From contig JBLDXI010000042.1 of assembly GCA_047495785.1 (NCBI GenBank), forward strand, positions 4,092,001 through 4,156,000: a stretch of 64,000 bases of DNA, given 5' to 3'. The position numbers and the translations under genes were made by a program. Positions 40,601-52,416 of this stretch are shown one piece after another. The notes under the pieces are model-generated. The model was not told the DNA's origin, did not search any database, and was given only the letters and a program-made list of their open reading frames with translations. The first letter of the stretch is position 1. Each line of letters begins with the position of its first letter. This stretch comes from Lepidodermella squamata. Lineage: Eukaryota; Animalia; Gastrotricha.

Positions 40601-43600
40601 GCAGCACTCTTCGATTTTTGCAAGACTTTTTGTCTCCGACTTCACAAAAGGTGACCATAATATGGCAGTTAGGAGTTCGTACAATGATTGCAAAATAAGT
40701 TTCGAAAGCTATTACCAACGCTTGAAATTTTTCGAATCTGGAGAGGTAATAGTAGCCATATTGGGGCCTTCAGTGAATTTCCAGAAATGTGTACCAAGTT
40801 TTTCTACTTCAACCTTTTTCGTTTCGCAAAATCATACACAAGTGATTATGTACAAAATTGTTAAATTTTACCATATTGATCATTGGCTTTGGGTTGGGAG
40901 ATAGTTGTTGCTTTTTGAAATTGATGAGGTTCCAACAATGTATCCTTAAATGTACCTTGAATCCATATTTTGATCTTATTCGGTATCCCGACGAATTCGG
41001 ATTCGTAAAAACTGTGCTGATGATCGATGAATTAGCTGGCATAATTGCACTTATAATTATTAGGCTAATTATACTAGTCCAAAATCGGACCCCGGCGTAC
41101 TTCCAATATGTTCAACTGCGACGTGACAAAGATAAGTTGAATTTGCAGTAAATTAATAATTAATTCACTGACTCCTATCCGGTTTTTGACTGCATCCTGT
41201 GACTCGAAATATTTCCATCATTGAACGTACTTCAGGTTGTTCGTTTTTCCATACATGGTCCCATTTAAAGTATGGAATCCTTTTTTGGCCTTCCGAACCT
41301 TGAAACCTGTTATACCACGAATTGATTTCGAAATTGGATCTAAGAGTGTACCTAAAATTTATAGTATGCTAAAGAAGCAATTGAATATGATGAATAGCAA
41401 GATATATTGCGATCCTGGATCCTCTGCCGCCAAAGTCTTGCATTCATCGGCGAGTCCAATTGAAAGTTCATCTTAAAAAGTGATGCAAGCTGAAAACGAA
41501 TTCTGACCTCGCGAAAAATCGCTATCGTTTCGCATTGAAAACTTAGTTTATTTGAGCAGCTGAATATTGTTTAGTGCGCTCAACCGGGATCGGCAATCAC
41601 ACCAGACGATAGCACCGATCATCCCACTCACTCGAATATTCATAGCTGTTCCGCCTACAGTTGATATCAGTCCAGGCCCGTCTTAACCGAAAGCTGAGAC
41701 AATATTGATACTTCCTTAACCACCCACGACTTGTTTTTTCATTGCGTGGCAAGGGTATAAATAGTTTCGAATTTTTACAGAGGTTCCACCTGCATCAATT
41801 TTGATCTTATCGTTCAAATACTTATCATGGCTGCTCGTCTGATTTGCTTCTCCATGGCCGTCGCCTGTGCTGCTGCCACCATCGGGGCTCCCACTAACAG
41901 TTTCCACGAAAGCGTCAACGCCACGAATGCCGACGAATGCGAAACGAGATGCGCGGAAACTATGCAGTCTTTGAATTATCCCAAGTATTGGTCTAAATAC
42001 CACGAATTCCTCGAGATGTGCTCCTGCACCAACTACAACCCCGAATTGTACCATGAAGAGAACGTCATGAGCGGCGAGCAGGGCTGCAAGGACATCTGCA
42101 AGGCCAAGAATTTGCCAATGGTTGAATTCCACTCATTGGAGGAAGGCACCGGCTACGGCTTGTGCGCGTGCCACGTTGCTGAAGCCGATAAGCCTGTCTC
42201 CGCTGAAGCTACCATCGAGGCTCCCACTAACAGTTTCCAGAAACTCATCGACGCCACGAATGCCGACGAATGCGAACCGAAATGTGGGGAAATTATGCAC
42301 TCTTTGAATTATCCCAAGTATTGGTCTAAATACCACGAATTCCTCGAGATGTGCTCCTGCTACAACTACAACCCCGAATTGTACCATGAAGAGAACGTCA
42401 ACAGCGGCGAGCAGGGCTGCAAGGACATCTGCAAGGCCAAGAATTTGCCAATGGTTGAATTCCACTCATTGGAGGAAGGCACCGGCTACGGCTTGTGCGC
42501 TTGCCACGTTGCTGAAGCTGATAAGCCTGTCCGCAATTAATTTTGCTCGCATTCGCACGGTTCAATAATATTCAATAATAAGGTGATGGGTTCAGAATGC
42601 TAGATGCTAGCTTAATATACTAGACTGTAACCACAAATTTTGAGGATGTAAGGACAATAAACTACACTGCATATCAGCTATCGTTTTTTATAGTACCGTC
42701 AACTGGGGTCACTTTACACCATGGGGTCACTTTGCCGTGCCAAAATGGTGTGATTTTGGTCTACCAACTATCAAAGATGATAATGGTTAATGGTAAAGGC
42801 CCCGTGAGTGTGATACCCGGGGATAGGCCAAGTAAATGCCAACCTGCGCATCAATACAATCCATCCGGGCTGACGGCGTGCGTTAAAAACGAGTTCCACC
42901 GCGCGCAACTGAGAGCTAGGATCCCAGGGAACTCATTGGCACCTTGAATTCGGTAATTCAGTGAAAGTGGAGTCCGATTTTCGAGCCTGAAATAAGCATA
43001 TAAGTACCACGAAATCCTTTTTCCACATCATTTCATACCACATCACATGCATAGCGACTGTAAGTAGTTGGAACAGTAGTAAGTATATGCATTATGAATC
43101 CCAGCTGCATATATCCTGACTAATCTGCAAAAATATGACCGAGTTTATCAATAATTTGCTCTTTGCGCAGGTGATTTTTATAGGGCAAAGCGCGAATTCA
43201 AACATTCAAACTAGGCAAATCAGCACCTATCATGCCACCAATGTAAATAGTAAATATTCTCATCTTTGAAGCACTAACGCAGGTTGCTAGATGAAAGCTG
43301 AGACAATATTGATAGTTGATTAACCACCTACGGCTTGTTTTTTCATCGCTCGGTGAGGGTATAAATAATTTCAAAAAATGACTCCGAAGTCCAGGCCACA
43401 CTGCAGAAGGACATAGACGAAGTTGTAAAATGGCTGGGCAGCAACTCACTGAAAGTAAACGGGAAAAAATCCCAATTGATGATTATCTCTTACAGTTCAT
43501 CAGAACCAAAAATTGAAATCAAAATCGATGGCAAGAAAATCGATCAGACAAACTCGATGACATTGCTGGGCGTCATTTTAGATAACAAACTAATTTTCAA

Positions 43601-46600
43601 TGACCATGTCGAAAAGGCATGTGCTAAGGCGAGAAAAGGGCTTTTCGCACTGAAATTAGCAGCGCAAAATGGCTTAAACCGAAATTGTCTCAAAGCCATG
43701 GCAAATGGGCTCATCTTTTCGCATCTGCATTACTGCGACACAGTTGTCGGTGAGGCATGTGATACGTCTTTGCAAAGAATGCAAAGCCTTCAAGATAGGG
43801 CTGTCCGTATAATCATGAACGCCCCAGATCATGCCGACGCTAAGACCTTACGAAAAGAATTGGGATGGCTAGACCTAAAGGGCAAACGAGGCGTTCATTT
43901 AGCCACCTTAATGTATCGCTGTTTGGTCGACCAAGCCCCCAAGTCCGTACAATCTATTTTTTCAGCAAATCAGGCCATTCGGCAAACACGTGGTGCCCGA
44001 CTGACATTCAAAATTCCCAACATGCGGCTGAAAACGGGTCAGATTAGCCTCGCTTATCGGGGTCCTACTTTTTTTAACAAACTTCCTTTGTACATACATT
44101 GTCCTTACCATCGTCCTATTGATATTCTTGCTTATACTGAATTACCTCCGGCTTGTACTTGTGGATTTAATGCTTGCCACAGCGCGAACGCGTGCCGTCA
44201 AATTGTTTATAAACACCTGATTTCAATAACGGATGAACGTGTATATAGCAAGCTGCTGTCGATCTCAAATAATTGTTAATTTTTTGTACATCTACTTGAC
44301 TCTTGAATTCTGAACAGGACCGAATAATCATGACTTGTTGCTACCTTTTTTCTCATTGACAATTTTTTATAACCGAGCTCTCAACTGTGGGATAAATGCT
44401 CTTAAATAAATAAATAAATAAATAAAATTTCGAAATTTCTCATAAAATTACACTCACATCAATTTCCATCTTATCGTTCAAATCCCCGCGATGGCTGCTC
44501 GTCTGGTTTTCTTCTGCATGGATGTTGCCTGTGCTGCTGCTATCATTGTGAATGGCGATAACGGTCCTATCCTTTCTCATAAATAGCTAAGCGAATATTT
44601 CATGGCGAATGAACGATAGCTTCTCGTTTCCTTCAACCTCTTTATAGCCGAAATTGCAGCCCTAGGAAATACGCGGGAAATTTATTAGAAAGCAAAATAA
44701 TGTGCGATCTAATAGCCCGTTTCAGCTCCGATTATTTGCTGTTATCGGACGATCTCGGTCGTATTCGAGCAATCTCTTGGGATGGGGTTAATCACCTCGT
44801 TTTCATCAGTATCTATTTTGTCTCACTAAAATCATCATTCTCACTCAAGGGCCTGGTCTGATGTTGAGACAAAGCAACAGTTTGACGAAGGTTCATGAAA
44901 ATAAAATTGCTGGTATTGTGTGACGTAAAATTGCGTCAAAGTCATGGTTTGTTTGATGTTTCAAATTGAAAAATCCCTCCGATGCTCCCCCGATGATATA
45001 ACCCGAAAAAAGTCGGGTGATGTTGAGCTACGGCAATTGACGTGCATCTGGGTATCAGGCTGTTCCGTGATTTTCGTGGGAATTATTTTTCAGTGCGGTG
45101 ATACCAACTTTTGCGAGACATTTGCGCAATAGCACTCGATGCCACATGAGCTCAAAATGAGAGAGGAAATTGCCAGCCTTCACCGGGCGATTTATTTTGC
45201 TTCAATTAACCCACAACCTATTACTGAATTGGGCGCATGCTCATTAAATTAACCGCGGGCGGGCCTGTCAGCTTCATCGGCGAAGCACTCGCACCTGCCG
45301 ATGAGGCTGCCCTCACCCCAGGCGACGTAATCAGCCGGCAGCTGCTTTGCCTCGCAGATTTCATTGCACTCCTGCTCGCCGTTGTTGACGATCTGTTGAT
45401 GGTACTTATCGGGGTGGTAGTTGAAGCAGGCGCAGATCTGGACGGGGCTGAAGAATTTCGAAAACTTGTAGATGGAGCCCTCGTGGTTGCATTTTTCGTC
45501 GCATTCTTCGGCGCTTTTGACGCCCCAGTAGTTATACGGACCGGAAAGTTTTCCGTTGTTCTGATCGAAGTATTCCATCTGCTGTTCGAAATCCTCCAAG
45601 AAGGCTCCGTTATCGCCATCAACGATGATGGCGGCGGCGCAGGCGACAGCCATGGAGAAGCAAATGAGACGAGCGGCCATGATACGAGAAATTTTATACT
45701 GAAATGATGTTAGAATATGAATGAATTTTCCGCAAATCCGCCTTAATTTATACCCGTCTCATCCACCCACTGGTTTTGGCTCTGTGAGATCCTCCGCAAG
45801 GAGCAGCTAATAAAACATTTCAGTTATTTCAGCTTTCAGTTGGTGGTTTCGAAGTACCTTGTGCTTCAGGAAATCTGAGCGAGAAATAACATGTCGCATG
45901 ATATTTTCCGCTCAGATTTTTTTATTTCGCCTGTATTCGTCGTTTAAATGCTGCGGGTTACGGAGCAGCTAGCAACTAGTAAAATATTAAGCCGTTTCGT
46001 TTCATAGAGTGCCACGCCAACGAGTTCCATCCGATAATATAACCCCGAAAAAATTGTTCCGTATAAAGTGTTATTACATGCATTAATTATATATATCTTT
46101 GTAATGTATATACTGTATCTATTAATCTCGGCTTGATCTTAGAATTTGTTGTTTTAGCAGAAATACCGAAATTCAAGCGGAATCAAAATTAAAGAATGAA
46201 TTTGAGTCCAGTAACATTGTCGCGTGTGATCTTGAACCTTCTCGGACTACCGCGAGATTTAATTGCCGACGTTTCGGTTGTTTACTCGCAACCTTATTCA
46301 GGACATATAAGCTGATGCCCGAAAAAGTTAGAGAATGTCTTATCGAAATTAAAGAACAGAATTAAGGAAGATGATTATACAGTCTCGAAATCCCTAAAAA
46401 ACCAAAAACAGAAGATATACAGAATTAGTTGGCATTCAGTATACAGGCAACCACAGATTACAGACGCCCAACAATTATTGTCGCTGGTGTCCAATATTTG
46501 ATGAAATGAGGTGGTTTACCTCTGATATGAAAATCTGAATTTCGCATAACACAATCGGGTATTTAGTTGATTGGCCCCAAAATATAGCTTCATAGTTTCG

Positions 46601-49600
46601 CAATCTTTGGGGCACATCGTGGATCGGGACGTGACGCCCGTGATCTAACACCAGTATAGACCAGTATAAACAAAGTATACTAGCCGTAGAGAAGGTTCGC
46701 AAAAGTGCGTAAAAACACAGAAAAATCAAGCCTTGTGTACCATGAAATCGCTAAAGTTACCTTAATTCATTTTCTGACTTGTGAAACTTTTGCCTTTCTA
46801 CAACGGTTCCGGAATACTGACAACACGGCGCCTAGTCAGCCGGATATTTTGAATAGCGTGAACTTAGAGAACGAAGTTAGACGAATAGACTGCCCAAATG
46901 CCATCGAGCCGATATAGCTATCCGTTCTCTATCAGCGTGAACCATTTAAAATTATGGACTGGTTTAATCTAAAAAGTCTAACTGAGCTCCTACAAAAGGT
47001 TTTGTTTGCTCTTATTATTTATTACTGTGTAATTATCATCATCAAGCGAGTTAAACCCCTCAAACATTGACAACTGAACCCAGTTTAATGGTCGTGGTGA
47101 TCCTCGTCTTCATCGTTGTTCTCATCCTCGGGGAACTCGGGGAACTCGGGGACGTCGGGGTAAATGGGCCTGTCCTTCTCGTCGGCGAAGCACTCGCAAA
47201 GGCCGTAGCCGTACTCTCCTTGGGCGAAGTGGGCGGGCAGGTGCTTTTCATCGCATTTAGCCTTGCACTGCTCCTCGCTCTCGGTGTAATCGGCGTTGTA
47301 CTTGTCAGGGTGGTAGTGGTAGCACGTGCAGTACTGGATGGGGCCGAAGTAGCGAGACCAGTTGAAGTTGGACGACGTCTGCTTGCACTCCTTTTCGCAT
47401 TCCTCAGCGCTCTTGACTTCGTTGATGCCGCCGGTAGCGAACAGCATGTCGATGTGCTGGTCGAAGTAGTCGCCGTGCTTTTCCTCGGGCAGGAGGGGGC
47501 CGTTGTCGCCACCTTCAAGGATGACGGCAGCAGCACAGGCGATGGCCATGGTGAAGCAAATGAGACGAGCAGCCATTTTAGTTGATAATATTAGTCGAGT
47601 ATGGGATTTTCCGGCAAATCCGCCTTAATTTATACTCGAGCAGCCCCCATCTCTGATTCAGGCAGTGCGAATTCCCCCGCTAATGAATGTCTGAGAAAAC
47701 AAAGATTGTTTTTTCAGCTTGAAGTTGCCGATGACAAAGTACATCTAGGTTTGTCATCTTAAGTTTGTTATTTGCATAGGGTTTCTAACTTGTTCGTTAC
47801 TGTGATGTCGCGAATTAGTGATCAGGTGATCAAATATTAAACGTTTTCCTATCGTAATCTATTCATCATCGTCCGTATTATCCTTTGGTAAGTAAGTACT
47901 TGATATATGAGATGCCGAGCTCTCTTACGGTGACTAATACCCTTGGGTATTTTTCGTCCATTTTATTCAATTTTTATCTATTTAGTAAGAAAAGGGTCGT
48001 ATTATTCATAATTAAATAAGTACGCATTTTTTTCGTACTTCAACGGTTACGTAATTTTTCGACCATAATATTATGCTTCTCGAACTACTAAGTTGAAATC
48101 ATATCTGATATTGAAGGCTGAGATAGCTTGCCATTGTCAAATTTACTGGCAGAATCAGGAGTCGTTTTCCATTTTCATAAATTTCGATGTAAGGTCCGGG
48201 ACCTGTTAGGTTTTTTTTAGCTTTCCAACCTTAATTTCATGTTTTTGCTGGCTAATTTGACGAAGCCACGTTTCTCAGCCTTGTAGATGAGATATTATTG
48301 TTACTTCCTTTTTTCTTTCATTCTCAGTTCGAAAAGCAGAATATTATTGTCAAAAAAATTCGAATATTACGTAACAGGAAAGCTGCTCAATTACGAATAT
48401 TCACGCTTTAAGAAAAATTCACGGATTTTCTGCTATTTAAACAATCTGAAATCTACTTCGCTCACCGGTCACTGATTTCTCGCACCGAAAATACGAGTTG
48501 GCCGCGCGCCAAAAAGCGGCTTTTTACTAAATACATTTGAAGATAACATAAACTACACTAAAGTACACTACACCGCAGGCTGCACCTTTAGGAACCTTTA
48601 GATCTGCAGTCTAACCCTGAGCCATTTTGGCTTGATGACAGTTGGGCAGTCTATTCGTCTTACTTGTTGATATGATCGGGTATAAATTAAGAAAGTTCGG
48701 AGCAACCAGTCGAACGTAGAATCTTCCGATCCTCAGTCAAACACTTTTTCCATTACTCCACAATCCCGCCTTTTAAGTGGAAGCTGAGAATCCGCATCAC
48801 AACAATCATCTCTTGGAAAGAGCAGTCGCAGGAAAAATTAATATCGTGTGTATCGCGTGCTTATTTTAAAGCAACCTCCCGACCAATCAGAAAATTGCTG
48901 ATTCTACTAAGCTATTTTTAAATTGAACAAAGCTGTTAGCTGTTGGACGAAGTTCCCTTAATATTTGGCATTTTTTTCAAGTTTCCAAACTTTCTATAGC
49001 GGTTCCAGAATCAGACCTCCAGAAATTAATACGCTTAGCCAGCTGGAACTGTTGGAAATCAACAATTTGCCATTGAATTGGAAATTATGGTTATAGGCTG
49101 ATTTAATTGAACTCCTTGCGGTTTGCTCTTATAGTTTATTATTGCTGTGTCATTCTCATCGTAAAGCAAGTTAAACCACTCAGGCAGTAACAACTGGGCC
49201 CAGCTTATTACTCATGTTGATCGCCATCCTCAACACTGATTTCATCGGAGGAATACTCATCGGGAACGGGCCGGTCCTTCTCGTCGGCGAAGCACTCGCA
49301 GAGGCCGAAGTCGTACTCTCCGGGGACAAAGTGCGCGGGTAGGTGCTTCCCGTCGCAGATGGCCCTGCACTGCTCCTCGTTCTCGGGGTAGTCAATAGTG
49401 TACTTGTCAGGGTGGTAGTTGTAACACATGCAGTACTGCATGGGGCCGAAGTAGCGAACCCAATTGTAGTTGGGCGACGCCTCTTTGCACGCCTTTTCGC
49501 ATTCCGCAGCGCTGTTCGTGTTCATGACATCGACAACGCCGTCGAACAGCATGTCGATGTGCTTATCCATGTATTGTATTTGCTCTTCCTCGGGCAGAAG

Positions 49601-50950
49601 TTGGTCGTTGTCATCACCTTGGAGGATGGTGGCAGCAGCACAGGCTACGGCCATAGCGAAGCAAATGAGACGAGCAGCCATAATTCGATAATATTAGTTG
49701 AATATAAAATGAGATTTTCCGGCAACTTTGCTATGATTTATACCCGCGAAGCCCGTCCTACTTTTCGGCTGGTCGAATTCCCCAATTTATATCTGGGAAA
49801 ACACGATGTGTAGTTTCAGCTTGAAGTTACCGTTAACAAGCTACATCTAGGCTTCCTATCTTTTATTTTTTGCTTCAAGTTTCTCTTACTTTTCGTACTT
49901 TTACTCCTACGTTATTTTGATTTCGCGAATTTCTTATCAGCTGATCAAATATCAAACCCTTTCCTATCTCCGAATTTTGTTGCATTTTTCTAGTGCGCAT
50001 CCTCATATTCCATAATATTCTCCAATTAAATGTAGGATTCTGAGTTGTTTTGTGCTGACTAATGCCCTAGGGTTTTTTCACCCAATTTGATTCAATTTGT
50101 ATCCATGTTGTATGAAAAATCCCGGATTTCTCTAATATTAAACAGCTAAAGTCCGAAAGCTATTTCAGCCAGCCGTCGACGATTTATTAATAAAAAACCT
50201 TTATTGGATTACTCATAACTTATACTCAGGAAATTGTCAATATTTGCTAAAATTGATAATACTTATTGGCTGATTCTTGAGTATCGGATTTTTTTATTAT
50301 TTCTTATGTCCAGCGGTATAGTCGAATTGAACAAGCAATTATTGAAAAAATTGAGTTATGACACAGGTTTTTAGTGAATGGACTGAATTTGATTTGGAGA
50401 TAATTTTCAGATTCTTGGCTACAAGAATTTGGAAATATTCCAAAATGTGTGAAAAATCTTTGGCCAGCGCCTAAATTGGCAGGAAGAAAGAGATATCGAT
50501 TTTGAGTACCTAATGATTGATTTTTTGAGTCATTTCCCTATACAAATTTTATGATAAAACCCCAAACAAAATTTCCCACATTTTTTCGAGGTTGAATTTC
50601 CGAACTTTCATTGGATTTTTTATTTAATTTCAGTTGTGCATTTCACGGCGAGCTTCATCGCCGGTTTCGCAGCGGTTGTGGCGTCCAACCCGGTTGATGT
50701 GCTGAAAACACGACTTATGAACGACAAGAACCACGTGAACGAAGCGACAGGGATGGTGGAGCGCCGGTATCACGGCGCCATCCACTGCGCTCTGACCACC
50801 CTGCGAACTGAAGGCTTCCGCGCTTTCTACCGCGGATTCATTCCGAATTGGCTGCGACTCGGCCCGTGGAACGTCGTATTTTTTATGACACTGGAAGAAC
50901 TTCGGACGCTGGACGCGCGGTTTCACGAAGCTTCTTCTTCGACCGAATGA
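37647..50950 (+). CDS. Mitochondrial carrier SLC25A14/SLC25A30 (UCP5/KMCP1)-like; exon 1 37647-38274, exon 2 50634-50633+317 (50634-50950)
   Basis: Three carrier signatures ([33 protein letters not shown]), plus [11 protein letters not shown] and [10 protein letters not shown]. Donor a|gtgagt at 38275 and acceptor ttcag|tt at 50633 join in phase 1 to give ...DGKIVHFTASF... Confidence 0.88.
38600..38830 (+). repeat. Orphan copy of the upstream regulatory region of the MAARLICF family (similar to ~41500-41720)
   Basis: Shares ttatttgagcagctgaa..ttgtttag, gccgatcatcccactca and aaagctgagacaatattgata with 41545-41720, but no TATA box or CDS follows. Confidence 0.7.
39857..40237 (-). CDS. Secreted cysteine-rich protein, MAARLICF family copy 1 (126 aa)
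   Basis: Intronless ORF with a signal peptide, a CxxxC..CxC..CxxxC..CxC pattern and a TATA box ~70 nt upstream. Confidence 0.85.
   Translation of the reverse strand: MAARLICFAMAVACAAATIVTPSNSFQELIDATNADECEPKCGEIMHSLNYPKYWSKYHEFLEMCSCYNYNPELYHEENVTGGERFCKVVCQAKNLPMVEFHSLEEGTGYGLCTCYVAEADKPTRN
41827..42540 (+). CDS. Secreted cysteine-rich protein, family copy 2 with an internally duplicated domain (237 aa)
   Basis: Signal peptide plus two near-identical 111-aa (333-nt) units; TATA box gggtataaat at ~41753. Confidence 0.85.
   Translation: MAARLICFSMAVACAAATIGAPTNSFHESVNATNADECETRCAETMQSLNYPKYWSKYHEFLEMCSCTNYNPELYHEENVMSGEQGCKDICKAKNLPMVEFHSLEEGTGYGLCACHVAEADKPVSAEATIEAPTNSFQKLIDATNADECEPKCGEIMHSLNYPKYWSKYHEFLEMCSCYNYNPELYHEENVNSGEQGCKDICKAKNLPMVEFHSLEEGTGYGLCACHVAEADKPVRN
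43372..44425 (+). mobile_element. 5'-truncated LINE (ORF2 C-terminal part, ORF 43476-44279) with a (TAAA)n tail
   Basis: [11 protein letters not shown]...[18 protein letters not shown]...[11 protein letters not shown]...LQDRAVRII...LGWL are typical post-RT LINE motifs. The (taaa)5 tail lies at ~44403-44425. Confidence 0.85.
44491..44586 (+). pseudogene. Truncated MAARLICF-family copy ([31 protein letters not shown])
   Basis: Homologous leader and signal peptide with an early TAG. The LINE separates it from its TATA box at ~43360. Confidence 0.75.
45249..45680 (-). CDS. Secreted cysteine-rich protein, family copy 3 (143 aa)
   Basis: Signal peptide, conserved 8-Cys spacing, TATA box cgggtataaatt upstream. 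Confidence 0.85.
   Translation of the reverse strand: MAARLICFSMAVACAAAIIVDGDNGAFLEDFEQQMEYFDQNNGKLSGPYNYWGVKSAEECDEKCNHEGSIYKFSKFFSPVQICACFNYHPDKYHQQIVNNGEQECNEICEAKQLPADYVAWGEGSLIGRCECFADEADRPARG
47085..47576 (-). CDS. Secreted cysteine-rich protein, family copy 4 with an acidic/His tail (163 aa)
   Basis: Signal peptide, 8-Cys core, tail [24 protein letters not shown]. Confidence 0.85.
   Translation of the reverse strand: MAARLICFTMAIACAAAVILEGGDNGPLLPEEKHGDYFDQHIDMLFATGGINEVKSAEECEKECKQTSSNFNWSRYFGPIQYCTCYHYHPDKYNADYTESEEQCKAKCDEKHLPAHFAQGEYGYGLCECFADEKDRPIYPDVPEFPEFPEDENNDEDEDHHDH
49208..49681 (-). CDS. Secreted cysteine-rich protein, family copy 5 with an acidic tail (157 aa)
   Basis: Signal peptide, 8-Cys core, tail [17 protein letters not shown]. 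Confidence 0.85.
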   Translation of the reverse strand: MAARLICFAMAVACAAATILQGDDNDQLLPEEEQIQYMDKHIDMLFDGVVDVMNTNSAAECEKACKEASPNYNWVRYFGPMQYCMCYNYHPDKYTIDYPENEEQCRAICDGKHLPAHFVPGEYDFGLCECFADEKDRPVPDEYSSDEISVEDGDQHE

Positions 50951-51205
50951 AATAATCTACCTTAACGATTTTAACGAAAGTGTAAAATTAAATAGAAAAA
51001 TGAATTATTATTTACTATAGTTTCTACACGGTGTTTATTAGTCCAATCTTTCGACAATCTCGGTCGCTATATAATTACTTGCAGGTGCCTGTGAAAAATC
51101 AACAGAATAATTCCTCTCCTTTCTTGACTTTATTTTCGGTTTCGTCACGCTTGAGAAAATCTCTGAACAAACTATCAAATGATGAGTTATTCTTGTCTGA
51201 ATTTT

Positions 51206-51527
51206 CTCTTGCAATGTTTTTATCGTTCTTCTCTTGACCACTTTCAGAAATGGAACTAAACGGATTCAATTATTCGTACAATGCCGAGATTTGCGTGTAA
51301 AAAAGTGAAGGAAGTCATCAACTTTGTCGAAAATTGCCAAATGCCGTTGTTGTTGTTTACGCCTTCTGCGGCTTGTTGCTGTTGCTACTACCAACAAATT
51401 CTTCGGTGCACTCCAGTATTTTCCAGCAGAATTTTACGCGTTATACATTGTAATATATTGCGAATAATGCGTTAAAATTGAAGAATAAAAAAGTAATTTC
51501 GAACAAGGGAATGAGTTTTCTGGAATT
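51206..51527 (+). repeat. ~320-bp direct repeat, copy 1 (copy 2 at ~61531-61850)
   Basis: Shared blocks such as tatcgttcttctcttga.cactttc and ctaccaacaaattcttcggtgc.ctccagtattttccagcagaattttacgcgttatac. Confidence 0.8.
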
Positions 51528-52416
51528 AGTGTCGTAAGAGTGGTTAATTTTGGACAGGCTATATTTGGACAAAGCGACTTCTACGCGTAAGTGTGTTCAA
51601 TCAGTGAGGTTGAAAAAATTCCCATTAAAATCTCGAGGTGGCTTGAAAGGCGGTCTTTTCAACGGTACCAAGTTAAAGGTATTCTAAAATTTATCTGTTT
51701 TATAATAAATAAAAAGGTGAGATGGCTCAAAACGTTGATTTGGTACCCCTTATTCCCGGCCTACCTGAAAACTTATTGCTCTGAAAAGTTTACAGCTGTA
51801 GTTGACACCATGAACTGTCCACTCGTAAAAAATGGGATATTTGGCGCGGGGGGTTTTTAACAGGTGAGCTCAAGTTTAGGACACACGTGGGGTAATTTTG
51901 GACAGAAAAACGCGTTGGGCTAGAGCACCCCGCCCTAATTTCGGCCGCTTTTCAGGTTTTTCCTACTTTGCCAGCCAGGTGAATTTTTATAAAATATTCG
52001 GCAAAAGCAGAATAAAAGAAGAGTTCTTAGGGTATCGATTGCCGCTTTCCGCAAGTCCGGACGATTTTACCTTGATTTATGGCTAATTTTTTAGTCACCC
52101 AGACACCCGGCCGGAATTAGGGAGCGGGGTGCCCTAATTTCGGCCACCTCATCCAGGTACACTAATACCACGAGTTTGGTATCGTTAGATTTGTCTCAAA
52201 AAGCTGACTATAAAAACCGCATTTGTTGCTTCACCTGTGAGCTTTTCCTTGATGGCGTGATGCCTGAAACTCAAACTTGATTTGACAGGTACAAGTTTGA
52301 TAACTTGTTTTCTACCTAACAGCCCAACTGCGGTTGACTTTCTAAAATTCTGGAAAAATATCTAAAAAATCCCTTGCCTCCTGTAGAATGAGAGTATCGA
52401 TTTTGTTTTCCCGAAT

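Larger units (their letters stand above)
39520..42860. repeat. Inverted duplication: ~39520-40370 versus ~41690-42860, covering family copies 1 and 2 with their flanks
   Basis: The 3' flanks (aataatattcaataataaggtgatgggttcagaat) and 5' flanks (gctgagacaatattgatactt..ttaaccacccacgacttgtttttt) match as reverse complements. Confidence 0.8.
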
